Source: the human T2T-CHM13v2.0 reference genome, Homo sapiens. Taken from it: DNA of 64,000 nt. The notes beneath the pieces were generated by a model. The model did no database searches. It saw nothing but the letters and a program-made list of their open reading frames with translations, and had not been told where the DNA came from. Shown here piece by piece: positions 55,101-64,000 of the stretch (the first letter of the stretch is position 1; each line of letters starts with the position of its first letter). The position numbers and the translations under genes were made by a program. The stretch lies in the NCBI RefSeq assembly GCF_009914755.1, contig NC_060925.1, one strand, 5' to 3'.

Positions 55101-58100
55101 ACAACACAAGGAAGTTACTGAGAATTCTTCTGTCTAGCATAATATGAAGAAATCCCGTTTCCAACGAAGGTCTCAAAGGGGTCTGAATATCCACTTGCAG
55201 ACTTTATAAACAGAGTGTTTACTAACTGCTCTATGAAAAGAAAGGTTAAACTCTGTGAGTTGAACACACACATCACAAAGGAGTTTCTGAGAATCATTCT
55301 GTCTAGTTTTTCTACGAAGATATTTCCTTTTCTACTATTGACCTAAAAGCGGCTGAAATCTCCACTTGCAAATTCCACAAAAAGAGTGTTTCAAGTCTGC
55401 TCTGTGTAAAGGGTCGTTCAACTCTGTGAGTTGAATACACACAACACAAGGAAGTTACTGAGAATTCTTCTGTCTAGCAGAATATGAAGAAATCCCGTTT
55501 CCAACGAAGGCCTCAAGGAGGTCTGAATATCCACTTGCAGACTTTACAAACAGAGTGTTTCCTAACTGCTCTATGAACAGAAAGGTTAAACTCTGTGAGT
55601 TGAACGCACACATCACAAAGGAGTTTCTGAGAATCATTCTGTCTAGTCTTTATACGAAGATATTTACTTTTCTACCATTGACCTCAAAGCGGCTGAAATC
55701 TCCACTTGCAAATTCCACAAAAAGAGTGTTTCAAGTCTGCTCTGTGTAAAGGGTCCTTCAACTCTGTGAGTTGAATACACACAACACAAGGAAGTTACTG
55801 AGAATTCTTCTGTCTAGCAGAATATGAAGAAATCCCGTTTCCAACGAAGGCCTCAAAGAGGTCTGCATATCCACTTGCAGACTTTACAAACAGAGTGTTT
55901 CCTAACTGCTCTATGAGAAGAAAAGTTAAACTCTGTGAGTTGAACGCACACATCACAAAAGATTTTCTGAGAATCATTCTGTCTAGTCTTTATATGAAGA
56001 TAGTTTCCTTTTCTACCATTGACCTCAAAGCGGCTGAAATCTCCACTTGCAAATTCCACAAAAAGAGTGTTTCAAGTCTGCTCTGTGTAAAGGATCGTTC
56101 AACTCTGTGAGTTGAATACACACAACACAAGGAAGTTACTGAGAATTCTTCTGTCTAGCAGAATAGGAAGAAATCCCGTTTCCAACGAAGGCCACAAGAT
56201 GTCAGAATATCCACTTACAGACTTTACAAACAGAGTGTTTCCTAACTGCTCTATGAACAGAAAGGTTAAACTCTGTGAGTTGAACGAACACATCACAACG
56301 CAGTTTGTGGGAATGATTCTGTCTAGTTTTGAAACGAAGATATTTCCTTTTCTGCCGTTGACCTTAAAGCGCTTGAAATCTACACTTGCAAATTGCACAA
56401 ATAGAGTGTTTCAAATCTGCTCTGTCTAAGGGAGCGTTCAACTCTGTGAGTTGAATGCACACAACACAAGGAAGTTACTGGGAATTCTTCTGTCCAGCCT
56501 TACATGAAAAAAAACCCGTTTCCAACGAAGGCCTCTAAGTGGTCAAAATATCCACGTGCAGACTTTACAAACAGAGTGTTTCCAAACCGCTGAATGAAAA
56601 GAAAAGTTAAACTCTGAGAGTTGAACGCACACATCACGCAGCAGTTTCTGAGAATGATTCTGTCTAGTTTTTATACGAAGATATTTCCTTTTCTGCCCTT
56701 GGCCCCAAAGCGCTTGAAATCTCCACTTGCAAATTCCACAAAAACAGTGTTTCAAATCTGCTCTCTCTAAATGAAACTTCAACTCTGTCAGTTGAATACA
56801 CACAACACAAGGAAGTTACTGAGAATTCTTCTGTCTAGCATAATATGAAGAAATCCCGTTTCCAACGAAGGCCTCAAAGGGGTCTGAATATCCACTTGCA
56901 GACTTTAAAAACAGAGTGTTTACTAACTGCTCTATGAAAAGAAAGGTTAAACTCTGTGAGTTGAACACACACATCACAAAGGAGTTTCTGAGAATCATTC
57001 TGCCTAGATTTTCTACGAAGATATTTCCTTTTCTACTATTGACCTCAAAGCGGCTGAAATCTCCACTTGCAAATTCCACAAAAAGAGTGTTTCAAGTCTG
57101 CTCTGTGTAAAGGATCGTTCAACTCTGTGAGTTGAATACACACAACACAAGGAAGTTACTGAGAATTCTTCTGTCTAGCAGAATATGAAGAAATCCCGTT
57201 TCCAACGAAGGCCTCAAAGAGGTCTGAATATCCACTTGCAGACTTTACAAACAGAGTGTTTCCTAACTGCTCTATGAAAAGAAAGGTTAAACTCTGTGAG
57301 TTGAACGCACACATCACAAAGGAGTTTCTGAGAATCATTCTGTCTAGTTTCTATAGGAAGATATTTCCTATTCTACCATTGACCTCAAAGCGGCTGAAAT
57401 CTCCACTTGCAAATTCCACAAAAAGAGTGTTTCAAGTCTGCTCTGTGTAAAGGATCGTTCAACTCTGTGAGTTGAATACACACAACACAAGGAAGTTACT
57501 GAGAATTCTTCTGTCTAGCAGAATATGAAGAAATCCCGTTTCCAACGAAGGCTTCAAGGAGGTCTGAATATCCACTTGCAGACTTTACAAACAGAGTGTT
57601 TCCTAAGTGCTCTATGAACAGAAAGGTTAAACTCTGTGAGTTGAACGCACACATCACAAAGGAGTTTCTGAGAATCATTCTGTCTAGTCTTTATACGAAG
57701 ATATTTCCTTTTCTACCATTGACCTCAAAGCGGCTGAAATCTCCACTTGCAAATTCCACAAAAAGAGTGTTTCAAGTCTGCTCTGTGTAAAGGATCGTAC
57801 AACTCTGTGAGCTGAATACACACAACACAAGGAAGTTACTGAGAATTCTTCTGTCTAGCAGAATATGAAGAAATCCCGTTTCCAACGAAGGCCTCAAGGA
57901 GGTCTGAATATCCACTTGCAGACTTTACAAACAGAGTGTTTCCTAACTGCTCTATGAACAGAAAGGTTAAACTCTGTGAGTTGAACGCACACATCACAAA
58001 AGAGTTTCTGAGAATCATTCTGTCTAGTCTTTATACGAAGATATTTCCTTTTCTACCATTGACATCAAAGCGGCTGAAATCTCCACTTGCAAATTCCACA

Positions 58101-58732
58101 AAAAGTGTGTTTCAAGTCTGCTCTGTGTAAAGGATCGTTCAACTCTGTGAGTTGAATACACACAACACAAGGAAGTTACTGAGAATTCTTCTGTCTAGCA
58201 GAATATGAAGAAATCCCGTTTCCAACGAAGGCCACAAGATGTCAGAATATCCACTTACAGACTTTACAAACAGAGTGTTTCCTAACTGCTCTATGAACAG
58301 AAAGGTTAAACTCTGTGAGTTGAACGCACACATCACAAAGGTGTTTCTGAGAATCATTCTGTCTAGTCTTTATACGAAGATATTTTCTTTTCTACCATTG
58401 ACTTCAAAGCGGCTGAAATCTCCACTTGCAAATTCCACAAAAAGAGTGTTTCAAGTCTGCTCTGTGTAAAGGATCGTTCAACTCTGTGAGTTGAATACAC
58501 ACAACACAAGGAAGTTACTGAGAATTATTCTGTCTAGCAGAATATGAAGAAATCCCGTTTCCAACGAAGGCCTCAAGGATGTCTGAATATCCACTTGCAG
58601 ACTTTACAAACAGAGTGTTTCCTAACTGCTCTATGAAAAGAAAAGTTAAACTCTGTGAGTTGAACGCACACATCACAAAGGAGTTTATGAGAATCATTCT
58701 GTCTAGTCTTTATACGAAGATATTTCCTTTTA

Positions 58733-61700
58733 TACCATTGACCTCAAAGCGGCTGAAATCTCCACTTGCAAATTCCACAAAAAGAGTGTTTCAAGTCTGC
58801 TCTGTGTAAAGGATTGTTCAACTCTGTGAGTTGAATACACACAACACAAGGAAGTTACTGAGAATTCTTCTGTCTAGAAGAATATGAAGAAATCCCGTTT
58901 CCAACGAAGGCCTCAAGGAGGTCTGAATATCCACTTGCAGACTTTACAAACAGAGTGTTTCCTAACAGCTCTATGAACATAAAAGGTTAAACTCTGTGAG
59001 TTGAACGCACACATCACAAAGGAGTTTCTGAGAATCGTTCTGTCTAGTTTCTATAGGAAGATATTTCCTTTTCTACCATTGACCTCAAAGCGGCTGAAAC
59101 CTCCACTTGCAAATTCCACAAAAAGAGTGTTTCAAGTCTGCTCTGTGTAAAGGATCGTTCAACTCTGTGAGTTGAATACACACAACACCAGGAAGTTACT
59201 GAGAATTCTTCTGTCTAGCAGAATATGAAGAAATCCCGTTTCCAACGAAGGCCTCAAGGAGGTCTGAATATCCACTTGCAGACTTTACAAACAGAGTGTT
59301 TCCTAACTGCTCTATGAACAGAAAGGTTAAACTCTGTGAGTTGAACGAACACATCACAACGCAGTTTGTGGGAATGATTCTGTCTAGTTTTGAAACGAAG
59401 AAATTTCCTTTTCTGCCATTGACCTTAAAGCGCTTGAAATCTACACTTGCAAATTGCACAAATAGAGTGTTTCAAATCTGCTCTGTCTAAGGGAACGTTC
59501 AACTCTGTGAGTTGAATGCACACAACACAAGGAAGTTACTGGGAATTCTTCTGTCTAGCCTTACATGAAGAAAACCCGTTTCCAACGAAGGCCTCTAAGT
59601 GGTCAAAATATCCACGTGCAGACTTTACAAAGAGAGTGTTTCCAAACCGCTGAATGAAAAGAAAAGTTAAACTCTGAGAGTTGAACGCACACATCACGCA
59701 GCAGTTTCTGAGAATGATTCTGTCTAGTTTTTATACGAAGATATTTCCTTTTCTGCCTTTGGCCCCAAAGCGCTTGAAATCTCCACTTGCAAATTCCACA
59801 AAAACAGTGTTTCAAATCTGCTCTCTCTAAATGAAAGTTCAACTCTGTCAGTTGAATACACACAACACAAGGAAGTTACTGAGAATTCTTCTGTCTAGCA
59901 TAATATGAAGAAATCCCGTTTCCAACGAAGGCCTCAAAGGGGTCTGAATATCCACTTGCAGACTTTATAAACAGAGTGTTTACTAACTGCTCTATGAAAA
60001 GAAAGGTTAAACTCTGTGAGTTGAACACACACATCACAAAGGAGTTTCTGAGAATCATTCTGTCTAGTTTTTCTACGAAGATATTTCCTTTTCTACTAGT
60101 GACCTCAAAGCGGCTGAAATCTCCACTTGCAAATTCCACAAAAAGAGTGTTTCAAGTCTGCTCTGTGTAAAGGATCGTTCAACTCTGTGAGTTGAATACA
60201 CACAACACAAGGAAGTTACTGAGAATTCTTCTGTCTAGCAGAATATGAAGAAATCCCGTTTCCAACGAAGGCCTCAAGGAGGTCTGAATATCCACTTGCA
60301 GACTTTACAAACAGAGTGTTTCCTAACTGCTCTATGAACAGAAAGGTTAAACTCTGTGAGTTGAACGCACACATCACAAAGGAGTTTCTGAGAATCATTC
60401 TGTCTAGTCTTTATACGAAGATATTTACTTTTCTACCATTGACCTCAAAGCGGCTGAAATCTCCACTTGCAAATTCCACAAAAAGAGTGTTTCAAGTCTG
60501 CTCTGTGTAAAGGATTGTTCAACTCTGTGAGTTGAATACACACAACACAAGGAAGTTACTGAGAATTCTTCTGTCTAGAAGAATATGAAGAAATCCCGTT
60601 TCCAACGAAGGCCTCAAGGAGGTCTGAATATCCACTTGCAGACTTTACAAACAGAGTGTTTCCTAACAGCTCTATGAACATAAAAGGTTAAACTCTGTGA
60701 GTTGAACGCACACATCACAAAGGAGTTTCTGAGAATCGTTCTGTCTAGTTTCTATAGGAAGATATTTCCTTTTCTACCATTGACCTCAAAGCGGCTGAAA
60801 CCTCCACTTGCAAATTCCACAAAAAGAGTGTTTCAAGTCTGCTCTGTGTAAAGGATCGTTCAACTCTGTGAGTTGAATACACACAACACCAGGAAGTTAC
60901 TGAGAATTCTTCTGTCTAGCAGAATATGAAGAAATCCCGTTTCCAACGAAGGCCTCAAGGAGGTCTGAATATCCACTTGCAGACTGTACAAACAGAGTGT
61001 TTCCTAACTGCTCTATGAACAGAAAGGTTAAACTCTGTGAGTTGAACGAACACATCACAACGCAGTTTGTGGGAATGATTCTGTCTAGTTTTGAAACGAA
61101 GAAATTTCCTTTTCTGCCATTGACCTTAAAGCGCTTGAAATCTACACTTGCAAATTGCACAAATAGAGTGTTTCAAATCTGCTCTGTCTAAGGGAACGTT
61201 CAACTCTGTGAGTTGAATGCACACAACACAAGGAAGTTACTGGGAATTCTTCTGTCTAGCCTTACATGAAGAAAACCCGTTTCCAACGAAGGCCTCTAAG
61301 TGGTCAAAATATCCACGTGCAGACTTTACAAAGAGAGTGTTTCCAAACCGCTGAATGAAAAGAAAAGTTAAACTCTGAGAGTTGAACGCACACATCACGC
61401 AGCAGTTTCTGAGAATGATTCTGTCTAGTTTTTATACGAAGATATTTCCTTTTCTGCCTTTGGCCCCAAAGCGCTTGAAATCTCCACTTGCAAATTCCAC
61501 AAAAACAGTGTTTCAAATCTGCTCTCTCTAAATGAAAGTTCAACTCTGTCAGTTGAATACACACAACACAAGGAAGTTACTGAGAATTCTTCTGTCTAGC
61601 ATAATATGAAGAAATCCCGTTTCCAACGAAGGCCTCAAAGGGGTCTGAATATCCACTTGCAGACTTTATAAACAGAGTGTTTACTAACTGCTCTATGAAA

Positions 61701-62216
61701 AGAAAGGTTAAACTCTGTGAGTTGAACACACACATCACAAAGGAGTTTCTGAGAATCATTCTGTCTAGTTTTTCTACGAAGATATTTCCTTTTCTACTAG
61801 TGACCTCAAAGCGGCTGAAATCTCCACTTGCAAATTCCACAAAAAGAGTGTTTCAAGTCTGCTCTGTGTAAAGGATCGTTCAACTCTGTGAGTTGAATAC
61901 ACACAACACAAGGAAGTTACTGAGAATTCTTCTGTCTAGCAGAATATGAAGAAATCCCGTTTCCAACGAAGGCCTCAAGGAGGTCTGAATATCCACTTGC
62001 AGACTTTACAAACAGAGTGTTTCCTAACTGCTCTATGAACAGAAAGGTTAAACTCTGTGAGTTGAACGCACACATCACAAAGGAGTTTCTGAGAATCATT
62101 CTGTCTAGTCTTTATACGAAGATATTTACTTTTCTACCATTGACCTCAAAGCGGCTGAAATCTCCACTTGCAAATTCCACAAAAAGAGTGTTTCAAGTCT
62201 GCTCTGTGTAAAGGAT
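58733..62216. repeat. 1701-bp tandem duplication of a variant 10-mer HOR
   Basis: Private alleles ggattgttc, tctagaag, cctaacagctctatgaacataaaagg (+1 bp), ggctgaaacc, caacaccagg and ctactagtg all recur at +1701. I saw one difference (59285 T vs 60986 G). Confidence 0.9.
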
Positions 62217-64000
62217 CATTCAACTCTGTGAGTTGAATAAACACAACACAAGGAAGTTACTGAGAATTCTTCTGTCTAGCAGAATATGAAGAAATCCCGT
62301 TTCCAACGAAGGCCTCAAGGAGGTCTGAATATCCACTTGCAGACTTTACAAACAGAGTGTTTCCTAACTGCTCTATGAAAAGAAAGGTTAAACTCTGTGA
62401 GTTGAACGCACACATCACAAAGGAGTTCATGAGAATCATTTTGTCTAGGTTCTATAAGAAGATATTTCCTATTCTACCATTGACCTCAAAGCGGCTGAAA
62501 TCTCCACTTGCAAATTCGACAAAAAGAGTGTTTCAAGCCTGCTCTCTGTAAAGGATCCTTCAACTCTGTGAGTTGAATACACACAACACAAGGAAGTTAC
62601 TGAGAATTATTCTGTCTAGCATAATATGAAGAAATCCCGTTTCCAACGAAGGCCTCAAAGAGGTCTGAATATCCACTTGCACACTTTACAAACAGAGTGT
62701 TTCCTAACTGCTCTATGAGAAGAAAAGTTAAACTCTGTGAGTTGAACGCACACATCACAAAAGATTTTCTGAGAATCATTCTGTCTAGTCTTTATATGAA
62801 GATAGTTTCCTTTTCTACCATTGACCTCAAAGCGGCTGAAATCTCCACTTGCAAATTCCACAAAAAGAGTGTTTCAAGTCTGCTCTGTGTAAAGGATCGT
62901 TCAACTCTGTGAGTTGAATACACACAACACAAGGAAGTTACTGAGAATTCTTCTGTCTAGCAGAATATGAAAAAATCCCGTTTCCAACGAAGGCCACAAG
63001 ATGTCAGAATATCCACTTACAGACTTTACAAACAGAGTGTTTCCTAACTGCTCTATGAACAGAAAGGTTAAACTCTGTGAGTTGAACGAACACATCACAA
63101 CGCAGTTTGTGGGAATGATTCTGTCTAGTTTTGAAACGAAGATATTTCCTTTTCTGCCGTTGACCTTAAAGCGCTTGAAATCTACACTTGCAAATTGCAC
63201 AAATAGAGTGTTTCAAATCTGCTCTGTCTAAGGGAACGTTCAACTCTGTGAGTTGAATGCACACAACATAAGGAAGTTACTGGGAATTCTTCTGTCTAGC
63301 CTTACATGAAAAAAACCCGTTTCCAACGAAGGCCTCTAAGTGGTCAAAATTTCCACGTGCAGACTTTACAAACAGAGTGTTTCCAAACCGCTGAATGAAA
63401 AGAAAAGTTAAACTCTGAGAGTTGAACGCACACATCACGCAGCAGTTTCTCAGAATGATTCTGTCTAGTTTTTATACGAAGATATTTCCTTTTCTGCCTT
63501 TGGCCCCAAAGCGCTTGAAATCTCCACTTGCAAATTCCACAAAAACAGTGTTTCAAATCTGCTCTCTCTAAATGAAAGTTCAACTCTGTCAGTTGAATAC
63601 ACACAACACAAGGAAGTTACTGAGAATTCTTCTGTCTAGCATAATATGAAGAAATCCCGTTTCCAACGAAGGCTTCAAAGGGGTCTGAATATCCACTTGC
63701 AGACTTTATAAACAGAGTGTTTACTAACTGCTCTATGAAAAGAAAGGTTAAACTCTGTGAGTTGAACACACACATCACAAAGGAGTTTCTGAGAATCATT
63801 CTGTCTAGTTTTTCTACGAAGATATTTCCTTTTCTACTATTGACCTCAAAGCGGCTGAAATCTCCACTTGCAAATTCCACAAAAAGAGTGTTTCAAGTCT
63901 GCTCTGTGTAAAGGATCGTTCAACTCTGTGAGTTGAATACACACAACACAAGGAAGTTTCTGAGAAATATTCTGTCTAGCAGAATATGAAGAAATCCCGT

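Larger units (their letters stand above)
1..64000 (-). repeat. Centromeric alpha-satellite higher-order repeat array, dimeric SF1 (J1/J2) type; probably the human live HOR S1C1/5/19H1L (D1Z7/D5Z2/D19Z3)
   Basis: Continuous ~170-bp monomers carry alphoid hallmarks (ttcaactctgtgagttgaa, attctgtctag, aaactctgtgagttgaacgcacacatcac). The 340-bp period shows in the ORF track: equivalent positions 50 and 63617 lie 63567 bp apart, i.e. 187 dimers averaging ~339.9 bp. A CENP-B box occurs in every second monomer and an EcoRI site (first at 398-403) in most dimers. Alpha satellite is certain; the 1/5/19 family call rests on recognition of the dimer sequence (about 0.8). Confidence 0.98.

Noticed and set aside
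50-63911. Hundreds of 60-105 aa ORFs on both strands (MILRNSF.., MFPNCSM.., MQFASVD.., MCIQLTE..)
   Set aside because: They recur with the 340-bp satellite period, overlap in several frames and strands, often use non-ATG starts, and are opened or closed by random SNVs and indels. They show no recognisable domain. These are translations of alpha satellite; similar 'hypothetical proteins' in databases are generally annotation or contamination artefacts.
63955-63972. Unusual alleles at the window end (ggaagtttctgagaaatattc)
   Set aside because: Only a few substitutions in a truncated dimer, so it cannot be interpreted without downstream sequence.
1-64000. CRISPR-like array or repeat-spacer system
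   Set aside because: There are no unique spacers: the sequence between conserved motifs is itself repeated at high identity. No cas or other genes are present.
1-64000. Transposon insertion (L1/Alu), inversion or non-alphoid island
   Set aside because: The 340-bp phase and the orientation of the CENP-B box are maintained from start to end. I saw no poly(A) tail, target-site duplication or foreign sequence.
1-64000. Assignment to a specific chromosome (1, 5 or 19) or to the kinetochore/CDR site
   Set aside because: These chromosomes share the HOR family, so assignment needs chromosome-specific k-mer comparison. CDR status needs methylation or CENP-A data.

Overview
The whole 64 kb window is one uninterrupted, head-to-tail centromeric alpha-satellite array. 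It holds about 376 monomers of ~170 bp, arranged as ~188 strictly alternating A/B dimers of ~340 bp. Each dimer carries one CENP-B box (read CTTCGTTGGAAACGGGA on the minus strand) and one pJalpha/A-box monomer. The dimeric EcoRI-340 organisation and sequence fit human suprachromosomal family 1, most likely the live array shared by chromosomes 1/5/19 (S1C1/5/19H1L; D1Z7/D5Z2/D19Z3); the chromosome cannot be resolved by eye. I found no genes, RNA genes, transposon insertions, inversions or CRISPR arrays, and every ORF in the track is a repeat artefact. I see no support for a new protein-based system. What stands out is the array architecture. A diverged core block occurs 30 times, separated by a variable number of near-identical dimers, giving HORs of 8-18 monomers that are always even. 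These are nested into recent larger duplications (4758, 6798, 2039x3, 5440 and 1701 bp). A switch of HOR haplotype occurs at about 34-41 kb, and a more diverged patch lies at about 53.6-59.2 kb. All comparisons were made by eye and from ORF-track offsets, not by alignment.
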